Assembly (NCBI GenBank): GCA_024636775.1
Contig: JAGXGP010000108.1
Coordinates: 3,282-67,281 of the forward strand
Reading direction: 5' to 3'
DNA length: 64,000 bases
Source of the DNA: Hydrogenophilales bacterium
GTDB taxonomy: Bacteria > Pseudomonadota > Gammaproteobacteria > Burkholderiales > Thiobacillaceae
The position numbers and the translations under genes were made by a program. The first letter of the stretch is position 1, and the number at the start of each line of letters is the position of its first letter. Below the pieces are notes generated by a model. That model ran no database searches. It was not told the origin of the DNA and saw only the letters and a list, made by a program, of their open reading frames with translations. Positions 1 through 9,466 of this stretch are shown here, one piece after another.

Positions 1-2
1 TT

Positions 3-773
3 GTCGTCGCAGGCCTCATTATCGCGATCTGGCGGGTTGGCTTGCCACTGCACCGACGCGCCCGGATGAGCTACCTGGTCGGCGGGCTGAGCCTGTTCGG
101 AGCCATGACGCTGACCTATTGGGGTTCGCAATACATCCACTCCGGTCTGATCTCGGTGTTGTTCGGCCTATCCCCGCTGGTGACAGGTGTGCTGGCCTTG
201 TTGTGGCTGAAGGAAGAAGCATTAACTCCGAAAAAACTGCTCGGCATGCTGCTTGGGCTGGCCGGGCTGGCGGTGATTTTCGGCGACACGCATGAAATGG
301 GCGGCTCGCACGCCGTTGCCGGGGTCACGGCATTGTTGGCGGCGGTGCTGGTCTATTCCTCCGGTATGGTGTGGATCAAGCGTATCGGCGACGACAGTCC
401 GCCACTAGCGACTACTGCCGGCGCGTTGGCGGTGTCGCTACCGTTGTTCGGCATGGTGTGGTGGCTGATGGATGGCCATATCCCGGCCGCCATTCCGGCA
501 CGCGCCGAGGCCGCCATCGTCTATCTCGGCGTATTCGGCTCGGTGCTTGGCTTCGCGCTCTACTACTACATCATCAAGCACATGGAAACTGGCAAGGTAT
601 CGCTCATCACCTTGGTCACGCCCGTGATCGCATTGCTGCTCGGCAGCCTGCTCAATGGGGAGGACGTCAGCGTGCGGGTCTGGCTTGGCGCTGCCTGTAT
701 CGGGCTCGGCCTGACCATCCACCAATGGAAAAGCCTGGTGGCGCTGGCGCTTTCAAAACCAGTAGGAGACTAA
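3..773 (+). CDS. EamA/DMT family transporter (5' truncated by window edge)
   Basis: Frame is open from position 3; multiple TM helices; GSVLGFALYYYIIKH and LITLVTPVIALLLG are typical DMT motifs. Confidence 0.9.
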   Translation, partial: VVAGLIIAIWRVGLPLHRRARMSYLVGGLSLFGAMTLTYWGSQYIHSGLISVLFGLSPLVTGVLALLWLKEEALTPKKLLGMLLGLAGLAVIFGDTHEMGGSHAVAGVTALLAAVLVYSSGMVWIKRIGDDSPPLATTAGALAVSLPLFGMVWWLMDGHIPAAIPARAEAAIVYLGVFGSVLGFALYYYIIKHMETGKVSLITLVTPVIALLLGSLLNGEDVSVRVWLGAACIGLGLTIHQWKSLVALALSKPVGD

Positions 774-818
774 CATTTGTGTAGTAAGTCACATAAGCCA
801 AAATTGGAAGCTAAAAGC

Positions 819-848
819 AAAACGCCACCCCGGGGGGTGGCGTTTTTT
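819..848 (+). terminator. Rho-independent terminator (possibly bidirectional)
   Basis: AAAACGCCACCC-loop-GGGTGGCGTTTTTT hairpin with T tail after the EamA gene. Confidence 0.85.
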
Positions 849-951
849 CCAGATAACCAGGCAAGTGTCGCTTACTCGGCCTATATAGTCACTCCGTCCT
901 GAAACCGTGGTCTGCCCCCGTTGTGCGGCTTGTGCTATCGGCTTACATCAT

Positions 952-980
952 TTGACACTTGGTTCGGTCCGCTCTACGTT
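952..980 (+). promoter_or_regulatory. sigma70 promoter of the nuclease-helicase gene
   Basis: TTGACA-N17-TACGTT, ending 31 bp upstream of ATG 1012. Confidence 0.6.
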
Positions 981-1011
981 CAACTTTTTTGCATGGATGG
1001 TCATCATTTAA

Positions 1012-4000
1012 ATGCTCGGCCAATTCTCAGGTTTCTACAACAGTCTAGATGATGATCCGGCCAAGCGGGGCAAGCAATTCGAGCACTTCGTTAAATGGTT
1101 CCTGAAGACTGATCCTGAATGGTCAACACAAGTTGACCAAGTGTGGCTGTGGGAGGAGTGGCCGGAGCGCTGGGGCATGGATTGCGGGATTGATCTGGTG
1201 TTTCGGCACAAGAATGGTGAAAACTGGGCAGTGCAAGCCAAGTGCTATTCGCCCGATTACAACATCACCAAGCACGATGTGGATAAATTCCTCAGCGAAT
1301 CCAATCGAAAAGGCATACACAACCGTCTGCTGATTGCCACCACCGACCGCATCGGCAGCAACGCAAAGCAGGTCTGCGATGCACAAGAAAAACCCGTCAT
1401 ACGTTTTCTGCTCTCCGACTTTGAATGCTCCGCGCTGGACTATCCCGCCAACTTTGCCGCACTCTTGCAAGGTAAGCGCAAAGCCCGTCCCATGGCCCGC
1501 GATCACCAGAATGAGGCCATCACCGCCGTTGCAAAAGGACTGCAAGCCGAAGACCGTGGCCAGCTCATCATGGCCTGCGGCACAGGTAAAACTTACGTCA
1601 CTCTTTGGATCAAAGAGCATCTGGACGCGCAGCTCACTTTGGTGCTTGTCCCGTCATTGGGGCTGCTGTCCCAGCTTCTGCGCGAATGGACATTTGCCGC
1701 TGCCACCCCATTTGAAGTGCTGTGCGTCTGCTCGGATCAAACCGTCGGCACAAGAGGCAACGACGAAGCCATCCACAGCGTGACAGACTTGGCCTTTCCC
1801 GTTACCTCGGATGCCAACGAAGTAAAACGCTTTCTCAGCGGTGCAGGCAACCGCGTGGTTTTTTCTACCTACCAATCTTCCTCTGTAATCGCCGCAGCCC
1901 AATCTGACCCAGCCATCCCCGCATTCGATCTGGTCGTGGCGGACGAAGCCCACCGTTGTGCGGGCAAGGTCGGCAGCGACTTCACCGCCATCCTCGACAA
2001 CGCGCAAATACGCAGTGCCAAGCGGTTATTTGCCACCGCCACCCCCCGCACCTACTCTAGCAACGTCAAGAAAGCTGCCGAAGATCGCGGGGTCGAAGTA
2101 GTCGGCATGGATAACACCGCTCTGTTTGGCGGGGTGCTGTATGCCCTGCCGTTTGGTAAAGCCATCGAGAGCAAACTGCTCACCGATTACCGCGTCGTCA
2201 TCATCGGCGTCGACGACCCTACCATCGCGCAGTGGATCGCCAACCGCGAATGGGTCACTACCGGCACGGGAATCGAAACAGACAGCGAATCACTCGCAGC
2301 CCAGATCGGCCTGCTCAAAGCCGTCAAAGACTACGACCTCAAGCGCATCATCAGCTTCCATAGTCGCGTCAATCGCGCTGAATCCTTCACCTCCGACATC
2401 CGGCAAACCATGGCATGGGTCAGCGACGAACATCGCCCCAGTGGAACCCTGCGTACTGACTTCGTCTCCGGCAATATGCCCGCCAGCAAACGCAAGATCA
2501 AACTTGACCAACTCAAAGACCTGAGCTCGGACGAACGTGGTGTGCTGAGCAATGCGCGCTGCCTGTCAGAAGGCGTGGACGTACCCTCCCTCGATGGCGT
2601 GGCGTTCATTGACCCGCGCAGCAGCCAGGTGGACATCATCCAGGCTGTAGGCCGCGCTATACGTCGCAGTCCAGACAAAAAGATCGGCACCATTGTTCTA
2701 CCAGTGTTTATTGCCGCCAGGCAAAGTGCAGAAGACACCATTGAGACCAGTAATTTCAAACCTATCTGGGATGTGCTGAATGCTTTGAAAGCGCACGACG
2801 ATGTGCTGGCTTGTGAATTGGATGAAGTCAGGACGGAACTGGGGAGGAGACCGGGTGCAGGTGTCAGCGCAGGTGGGCTGGGCAAGATCGTGATTGATTT
2901 ACCAGCTACGGTGGATGCGAGTTTTGGTAGCGCGCTGCGCACTTATCTGGTTGAGAAAGTTACTGCTCCTTGGAGCTTCTGGTATGGGATGCTATTGGAA
3001 TATCAGAAACGTGAAGGGCATTGCTTCGTACCTGCTCGATATACAACGGCAGATGGTTATCGCCTTGGTCCGTGGGTAGGTCAACAGCGAATAACAAAGA
3101 ACAAAATGGCACTGGAACGCAAAAAACTACTAGAGGCTGTGCACAGCTGGAGTTGGGATACTTTGTCAGACAAATGGGATGAGGGATTTCACTATTTGGC
3201 AGAATACGCAAATCAGGAGGGGCATACAAAGGTACCCAAAGGTTACCAAACAGCAAATGGATATCGAGTTGGTGGTTGGGTAGGTTACCAACGTATTTGG
3301 TTTGAAAATCTATCGGCAGAACGAAAAGCCAAACTTGAAGCGTTACCCGGATGGAGTTGGAATACTTTATCGGACAAGTGGGAAGAAAGCTTCTGCCGAC
3401 TTAAGAAATTTGTTGAACGGGAGGGACATTCCAAGGTACTAGGCAATGTCAAATTGGCAGATGGTTTTCCGCTCGGAAAATGGGTGTTAAGGCAACGAAG
3501 AGTTAAAGGAGGCATGGCCCCGGAACGTATAACTCGGCTGGAAGAATTATCCGATTGGAGCTGGGATGTTCTCTCAGACAAGTGGGAAGAAAATTTTCGT
3601 CAACTCAACGAATTCGCAGAACATGAGGGGCATACCCAAGTCATACTGGATAACAAAACAGCAGATGGTTATCGACTCGACAGCTGGATACGCAGGCAAC
3701 GTGCAACAAAAGCCAGCCTATCCCAGAAACGTAAAGCGCTGCTCGAAGCATTGCCAGGTTGGAATTGGGATGTTCTTTCAGGCATGTGGGAAGAAGGCTT
3801 TCGTCATCTCAATGAATTCGTAGAACGTGAGGGACACGCCCAAGTTACATTGGATTACAAAACAGCAGATGGTTATCGACTTGGACTGTGGGTTGGCACT
3901 CAACGAAGAACAAGAGACAGCATGTTGCCGGTGCGTAAAGCCCGGCTTGAAAAATTATCCGATTGGAGCTGGGATGTTCTCTCAGACAAGTGGGAAGAAG

Positions 4001-4797
4001 GCTTTCGTCATCTCAACCAATTCGTAGAACGTGAGGGACATGCCCAGGTACCCCGCAATTTCAAAACGGTAGATGGTTATCACCTTGGACGGTGGGTTCG
4101 TCGCCAACACAACTCAACAAATTTATCTACTGAGCGGCAAGCCAGATTAGAAGCATTGTCCGGTTGGAAACTCAAACCTAATACAGATAAGTGGGAGGTG
4201 AGTTACAGCTATTTAACCGAATATGCTGCACGGGAAGGAAACGCTAAAGTTCCAAAAGCTTACAAACTAAACAATGGATATTCTCTTGGGGGATGGGTGC
4301 GAAGCCAGCGATCAAAAAGAGAGAATATGTCCTCGGAGAGGATAAATCGCTTGGAGGCATTACCCGGATGGTCTTGGGATACGTTGTCAGATATGTGGGA
4401 TGAAGGGTTACGATATTTAAAGGTATTTTCTGATCGTGAGGGGCACACCAAAGTTCGTCAAGATTACAAAGAAACAGATGAGTTTCGACTCGGCAGTTGG
4501 GTTCATACCCAAAAACAAGCAAAAGACAGAATGTCAGTGGAACGGAGGGCAAAATTGGAGTCGTTGCCTGGATGGAGTTGGATTGATAAATCTATGCAAT
4601 GGGATGAAGGGTTCAACTACCTTAGAGAATATGCAGATCGCGAGGGACATGCCAAGGTCACACAGCTTTTCAAAACAGCAGATGGATTCCTGCTCGGTAG
4701 ATGGGTAAATACTCAGCGAACTAAACAAATCAGCATGTTGCCGGAACGCAGAGCACGGCTGGAGGCTCTGCCGGGTTGGGTTTGGCGGGTTGAGTGA
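1012..4797 (+). CDS. Mrr-like restriction endonuclease + SF2 (DEAH) helicase + 9 helicase-associated (HA) repeats
   Basis: N-terminal FEHF..GIDLV..VQAK nuclease motif; Walker A MACGTGKT; DEAHR; motif VI QAVGRAIR; C-terminal WxEGF..L..F..REGH..V....DGY.LG.W...QR repeats. Confidence 0.9.
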   Translation: MLGQFSGFYNSLDDDPAKRGKQFEHFVKWFLKTDPEWSTQVDQVWLWEEWPERWGMDCGIDLVFRHKNGENWAVQAKCYSPDYNITKHDVDKFLSESNRKGIHNRLLIATTDRIGSNAKQVCDAQEKPVIRFLLSDFECSALDYPANFAALLQGKRKARPMARDHQNEAITAVAKGLQAEDRGQLIMACGTGKTYVTLWIKEHLDAQLTLVLVPSLGLLSQLLREWTFAAATPFEVLCVCSDQTVGTRGNDEAIHSVTDLAFPVTSDANEVKRFLSGAGNRVVFSTYQSSSVIAAAQSDPAIPAFDLVVADEAHRCAGKVGSDFTAILDNAQIRSAKRLFATATPRTYSSNVKKAAEDRGVEVVGMDNTALFGGVLYALPFGKAIESKLLTDYRVVIIGVDDPTIAQWIANREWVTTGTGIETDSESLAAQIGLLKAVKDYDLKRIISFHSRVNRAESFTSDIRQTMAWVSDEHRPSGTLRTDFVSGNMPASKRKIKLDQLKDLSSDERGVLSNARCLSEGVDVPSLDGVAFIDPRSSQVDIIQAVGRAIRRSPDKKIGTIVLPVFIAARQSAEDTIETSNFKPIWDVLNALKAHDDVLACELDEVRTELGRRPGAGVSAGGLGKIVIDLPATVDASFGSALRTYLVEKVTAPWSFWYGMLLEYQKREGHCFVPARYTTADGYRLGPWVGQQRITKNKMALERKKLLEAVHSWSWDTLSDKWDEGFHYLAEYANQEGHTKVPKGYQTANGYRVGGWVGYQRIWFENLSAERKAKLEALPGWSWNTLSDKWEESFCRLKKFVEREGHSKVLGNVKLADGFPLGKWVLRQRRVKGGMAPERITRLEELSDWSWDVLSDKWEENFRQLNEFAEHEGHTQVILDNKTADGYRLDSWIRRQRATKASLSQKRKALLEALPGWNWDVLSGMWEEGFRHLNEFVEREGHAQVTLDYKTADGYRLGLWVGTQRRTRDSMLPVRKARLEKLSDWSWDVLSDKWEEGFRHLNQFVEREGHAQVPRNFKTVDGYHLGRWVRRQHNSTNLSTERQARLEALSGWKLKPNTDKWEVSYSYLTEYAAREGNAKVPKAYKLNNGYSLGGWVRSQRSKRENMSSERINRLEALPGWSWDTLSDMWDEGLRYLKVFSDREGHTKVRQDYKETDEFRLGSWVHTQKQAKDRMSVERRAKLESLPGWSWIDKSMQWDEGFNYLREYADREGHAKVTQLFKTADGFLLGRWVNTQRTKQISMLPERRARLEALPGWVWRVE
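2971..4794 (+). repeat. Intragenic tandem array of nine ~204-bp (~68-aa) HA units
   Basis: Repeats visible in protein and DNA; 47-nt exact match between 3545-3591 and 3953-3999 (offset 408). Confidence 0.9.
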
Positions 4798-5176
4798 AAT
4801 CCAATCACGGTGCAATACGATTCGGCATCTTAGTAGGCGGACATTGATGTGTACCAGGTTGCGGGGGGCATGACTGACCGAAAAGGCCGGTTATGTGGAG
4901 CGCTACATAAGGCCGATGAGGCGACGGTCAACTCAAGCTTCGCCTTAGGCCGGTTCTCGGCCAAAGCCGTCGCGCACGGGCGTACTCGGAATTTTCTCTG
5001 GCGTCGGCTTTACGGATGCCTTTCCCAACAGCGGCTTCCTGTCACTACCTGCCGGTCACGACCGGAAGCTTCCCGGCAGTCAAGTCACTCTCTGCTATGA
5101 TTCCTCCGACACGCCCATTGCAGAGTAGGTCACGGTGACGCCAGTGCGCGCTAGAACATCCTAACCATGCGAAACT

Positions 5177-6496
5177 ATGCTACTGCTGCACATCTCTGAT
5201 ATTCACTTTCGTGCTCCTGAGTGCACGCAAGAGAATGACCCGAACCGGGCTTACCGCACGCGCATGATCCAGGACGCAAAAGCTCGGGCTCGCGCGTTAG
5301 GCGGCGTTGATGCAATCCTGGTCGGTGGTGATATCGCGTTTCGCGGCGTCCAGAGCGAATACACGGCTGCCTCGATGTGGCTCGAACAGTTAGCACGCGA
5401 GTCAGGGTGCCCCCTCGAACGCATCTTCGTCGTGCCGGGCAACCATGACATTGACAGAAGCCGCATCAGTGGAAGCCGTCAGATATGCAACATCCATAAG
5501 GCCATCAAGGACGCGACGCCCGCGTACCGCTATCGCGAATTGCAAGCCCAATTGGCCGAGGCTGCTACAGGCCGCGCACTGTTTGAGCCACTTGCTGCGT
5601 ACAACGAGTTTGCGGCCCGCTTCAACTGTCAGGTCTTTCACGAGCGGCTCGCGTGGAAGCAGGACCTTGTCTTGGCGCCGGGAATGACACTGCGTATCCA
5701 CGGATTCACCTCCACTTTGCTATCGGGAGCGGTGACCGAGGATGGTCAGAATGACAAGCAGCTTTCGCTCTACCTCAGCCCATGGCAAACCGCCCTGCTT
5801 GATCCCGACCCCAATATCGTGAACCTCGTGATGGCGCATCACCCACCTGACTGGCTCATGGACCAGGATGAAGTCGAGGATGCCGTCCATGGACGCGCTG
5901 CAATTCACTTGTGGGGTCACAAGCATCGGCAGCGGATCAACAAGGATGACCAGTACCTTCGCCTAGCTGCTGGCGCAGTCAATCCGGACGCCAGTGAGCC
6001 GGGGTGGCACCCAGCCTACAACCTTATCGAACTTTCCATTCAAGGGTTCGGGGCGGCACGCGCGCTGCACGTGAACGCACACCTCCTTGAATGGCAGACC
6101 AATCCAGAGCGTTACCGCGCCCGCCAAGACATCCAAGGTCGGGAAGTCTTCCAGCATTCGATCCTCTGTCCTGGCGACGACCACCCGACGACGCCCGCCA
6201 CCGGCCCTCCTGCGCCAAGTGCGGGACCGGCTTTAGTGGGCGCGACGGCGATTCCTGCACCTGCTCCTGATGTGGAGGCTGCTATGGGTGAAAAATACAC
6301 GCGTAATCTTGTCATTCGTTGGTGGGAATTGCCTATGGCCGCGCGCCGTGAAATCGCACTGCGCCTCGGCTTGATTTCTGAAGATGAAATCAGTCTACCT
6401 GAGCCCGAGCGATATGCGCGCGCCCTCATGCGGGCAAAGGAGCGCAATCAACTTGAACAAGTAGCTGAGGAGATCAACAAATGGCAGACGCAGTGA
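5177..6496 (+). CDS. Calcineurin-like metallophosphoesterase with small C-terminal helical adaptor domain (GAAD-like)
   Basis: DIH, GGD, PGNHD, HHP, GHKH motifs; Pro/Ala linker, then ~65-aa helical domain. Confidence 0.85.
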   Translation: MLLLHISDIHFRAPECTQENDPNRAYRTRMIQDAKARARALGGVDAILVGGDIAFRGVQSEYTAASMWLEQLARESGCPLERIFVVPGNHDIDRSRISGSRQICNIHKAIKDATPAYRYRELQAQLAEAATGRALFEPLAAYNEFAARFNCQVFHERLAWKQDLVLAPGMTLRIHGFTSTLLSGAVTEDGQNDKQLSLYLSPWQTALLDPDPNIVNLVMAHHPPDWLMDQDEVEDAVHGRAAIHLWGHKHRQRINKDDQYLRLAAGAVNPDASEPGWHPAYNLIELSIQGFGAARALHVNAHLLEWQTNPERYRARQDIQGREVFQHSILCPGDDHPTTPATGPPAPSAGPALVGATAIPAPAPDVEAAMGEKYTRNLVIRWWELPMAARREIALRLGLISEDEISLPEPERYARALMRAKERNQLEQVAEEINKWQTQ

Positions 6497-7584
6497 CAAA
6501 CGACAATGCCGAAGATGTAAAGCCAAGCCCATGGTTCTATGCATGGACAAAAGAGTTTCAACTCGGCGAAGGCAGCGAACTACTTAGCCAGCGTTGGCAA
6601 GCAATCAGCAGCTTTGCGGACACTGCCGAAGGCGCAGATGTCGAAGCCTTGGTACGCCTGGCAATAGGTAGCCGCCATGCGCCGTCATCTGACTGGCTTA
6701 CCAGCCTTGAAGAGTCCTTTCGCGAGGAATACCCTGCGTTCACTGTGAGCAGCAACGCACGCGAGTTGCAGGTGCTCTCGGCGTGCTGCCTCATACAGAT
6801 CAGTCAAGACCCAGAAAATGGCGCGGCCAATCTCGCGGCACTGGCCAGTGCCACCACCTCGGTCGCCGGGCAGCGCAAGTTCTCCTTACCCGGAGACTTG
6901 CCTCAAGTGGCCAACGAGGCGCTGCTATCGCTGTCCTTAAGTGTCGCGCGGCGCCCTAAGGTAGGGGCAGGGAGCCAATTCAAACAGTTGTTTGAAGCGG
7001 CTGTGCAACAGGCCAGAGCGCAACCGGATGTCGCCACTCTGATCGAGGCGATGGTGCTAGCTGGTAAAACGGTGACATCGGCTGTAAATAAGACGCAGCT
7101 GACCCTTCAAGCTCTGGCACAGCGGCTCGATCAGCAAGACGAAGAACTGCAGATGCTGTGGTGGTTGATCGGCGAGCACAGCGAGGATCTTGCTTGCAGT
7201 TTCGGTGACGTGCCCGACGCCGCGCGCCCTTTGGTGCTGGCCAAGGAGCTAGCTGACCATACGGTTCTGCCGCCCGGACCGCCCACAGTACGAGCCCTCC
7301 TGTCGCGGGCGAAGCTGGCAAGGCGTGGGAAAGTAGCATTGGTCGACGCAATAGCAGCCGCTCCGCTTGAGTGGCTGAAATCACACGTAGCTCCGGAAGG
7401 GGCGTCACCGGTTACGCAGCCGCTGCACTTCGCGGTCCTGCGTCAGCTGGAGACCGGCACAGGCAAGGCTTGGGTTGATGGCTGGGCAGCGACGACGGAT
7501 TTACCTGGGAATCTGTCCCTGCCGCCCTTGATACTCGCTGAGCTATTCTACCGCGAGCGCTTGCTCACGCGCCTGCTCGGGTGA
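6481..7584 (+). CDS. All-helical protein of GTPase-associated conflict system (GASH-like)
   Basis: Helical composition with a QDEELQMLWWLIG motif; overlaps both neighbours in the operon. Confidence 0.65.
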   Translation: MADAVTNDNAEDVKPSPWFYAWTKEFQLGEGSELLSQRWQAISSFADTAEGADVEALVRLAIGSRHAPSSDWLTSLEESFREEYPAFTVSSNARELQVLSACCLIQISQDPENGAANLAALASATTSVAGQRKFSLPGDLPQVANEALLSLSLSVARRPKVGAGSQFKQLFEAAVQQARAQPDVATLIEAMVLAGKTVTSAVNKTQLTLQALAQRLDQQDEELQMLWWLIGEHSEDLACSFGDVPDAARPLVLAKELADHTVLPPGPPTVRALLSRAKLARRGKVALVDAIAAAPLEWLKSHVAPEGASPVTQPLHFAVLRQLETGTGKAWVDGWAATTDLPGNLSLPPLILAELFYRERLLTRLLG

Positions 7585-8600
7585 GCATCATGGTCGACCC
7601 GAATCAAGTCATTCAATGCAGTAACCCGGACTGCAAGATCGCCGAAACCGGCCAGTGCGTTGAGGGCCTTGATCCTTCGGCATGCGGCAACTATGGCAAG
7701 CCGTTGCGGGTCATGGATATCGCACAGGAGGCGGAAGCTAGTTCAGGTCCAGAGATGGTGACGTTGCCGCACGCGAATCGCCTCGCGCCCGGTGAAGCAC
7801 GCGACCTGCTTCCGGAAGCCCGTACGCGCGTCATTGCGATTGTGGGGCCGCATGACTCAGGCAAGACAAGCCTAATCGCCAGCCTGTACGACCAGTTACA
7901 GGACGGGCCAATCGTGCCGTTTGCATTTCGCGGTTCACAAACCCTGCATGCCTTTGAACAAGCTTGTCATGATGCGCGAGCGGCATCCCAGCGCGGGACT
8001 CCGCACAGCGAGCGCACCAAGCGAGGCGAGGTGCGCTTCTTCCATCTTGGATTGCTGCATCAAGAGTCGTGCGAGGCACTGAGTCTGCTGCTCGGCGATC
8101 GGGCAGGAGAGGAGTATCGCGAGGCCGGCGATGACACGACATTGGCCGCGGAGTTCATCGAAGTCGAGCGGGCGGATGTTGTGACGCTCTTGGTTGACGG
8201 CAAGCGCTTGGCTCAAGATAGCCACCGGCATAATGCGCGTGAGGAACTGCTGCTGATTGTGCAATCGCTCAAGGATGCTGAGATCATCCCCAATGGTGCA
8301 CGCCTAGCCATAGTGCTGACCAAGTTTGATGCGGTGATGACTTCACCAAATGCAAAACGCGTGGAGGCTGATCTCGCGACAGCAGTTGCCCGCCTTAACG
8401 CGCATTTCGCTGATCGCTTTGCGAAGATTGAGGTCTTTCGCGTTGCCGCATCACCAACTGAACACGGGGTAGCGCGAGGCACCGGGGTCGCTGAATTGCT
8501 GAGCTTTTGGCTTGCAGACGTGTCGCCCACCTCTCTGCCGCATACATCGCAAGTATTGCCGGAGCGAGTCATCGCGCGTCTTGCGGAGGTTGGAGTCTAG
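7581..8600 (+). CDS. TRAFAC-class GTPase 1 with Cys-rich N-terminus
   Basis: G1 GPHDSGKTS, G3 DRAGE, G4 TKFD; N-terminal CxxxxC..C..C cluster. Confidence 0.8.
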   Translation: MSIMVDPNQVIQCSNPDCKIAETGQCVEGLDPSACGNYGKPLRVMDIAQEAEASSGPEMVTLPHANRLAPGEARDLLPEARTRVIAIVGPHDSGKTSLIASLYDQLQDGPIVPFAFRGSQTLHAFEQACHDARAASQRGTPHSERTKRGEVRFFHLGLLHQESCEALSLLLGDRAGEEYREAGDDTTLAAEFIEVERADVVTLLVDGKRLAQDSHRHNAREELLLIVQSLKDAEIIPNGARLAIVLTKFDAVMTSPNAKRVEADLATAVARLNAHFADRFAKIEVFRVAASPTEHGVARGTGVAELLSFWLADVSPTSLPHTSQVLPERVIARLAEVGV

Positions 8601-8602
8601 CC

Positions 8603-9466
8603 ATGACGAAGCGATCCATAGTGGTTCTAGGCCTTCCTGGGAGTGGGAAGACAACCTTCTTGGCGGCGCTGTGGCACCTCGTTTTCAGTCGTGAAACCGA
8701 GACCAAGTTGCGCTTTGGCAGTTTGAAGAGCGGCAACCTCAAGCATTTGAATGCCATAGCAGCACGATGGCGAAATGCACAGTTGCAAGAGCGAACCCTG
8801 CTATCGGGCAATCAGTTCGTCAGTATTAACTTGGTGACGGATGCCCCCCAGGCGGTCACCGTCACGTTCCCGGACATCGCCGGGGAGTCATACCGACAGA
8901 TGTGGGAAGAGCGCGAGTGCGAGAAGGTGGTAGCCGATACGCTGTCGCAAGGCAGCGTGCTGCTCTTCGTGCACGCAGACGACATCAAGCGTCCGCTGTG
9001 GATCGTAGATGTCGCCGCCATGGCGCGCGCTCTGGACTTGCCGGCTGACGAGGCTGCACAGCCTGTTCCGTGGAAGCCGAGCCTAGCGCCTACACAGGTG
9101 CAATTGGTTGGGCTGCTCAGCCTCCTTGGCGAGGCACCGCTGAATATTGGGCCGCGACGCCTTGTTGTCATGCTGTCAGCATGGGACAAAGCGAAGGGTG
9201 AGCGTCTGGCGCCACGTGAATTTCTTCGCGCGAAACTCCCCCTGCTCTCACAGTACCTGAACACGAATCCGAAGCTCTGGCAGTGGACGGTTTACGGTGT
9301 TAGCGCGCAGGGTGGTGAATACGACGATACGCAGCCCGGAGCTCAACTGAAGCAAGAAGCGCAGGACCTCCGCGCGGCTGACGAACCGTCGAGGCGCATT
9401 GAGCTGACGGATGGCGTCAGCACGTCCCACGACCTCACCGTTCCCCTTGCGTGGTTGATGCAGTGA
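8603..9466 (+). CDS. TRAFAC-class GTPase 2 (paralogue)
   Basis: G1 GLPGSGKTT, G3 DIAGE, G4-like SAWD, G5 VSA; ATG 2 bp after the GTPase 1 stop. Confidence 0.8.
   Translation: MTKRSIVVLGLPGSGKTTFLAALWHLVFSRETETKLRFGSLKSGNLKHLNAIAARWRNAQLQERTLLSGNQFVSINLVTDAPQAVTVTFPDIAGESYRQMWEERECEKVVADTLSQGSVLLFVHADDIKRPLWIVDVAAMARALDLPADEAAQPVPWKPSLAPTQVQLVGLLSLLGEAPLNIGPRRLVVMLSAWDKAKGERLAPREFLRAKLPLLSQYLNTNPKLWQWTVYGVSAQGGEYDDTQPGAQLKQEAQDLRAADEPSRRIELTDGVSTSHDLTVPLAWLMQ

Noticed and set aside
2971-4794. Regularly spaced DNA repeats as a CRISPR array
   Set aside because: The 204-bp period is in frame within a CDS; these are protein-domain repeats.
8507-8602. N-terminal extensions in the ORF track (also 28092-28277, 29236-29379, 38799-38987, 48418-48507, 56770-57033)
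   Set aside because: They overlap upstream genes or lack an RBS; downstream starts with RBS or stop-start coupling fit better.
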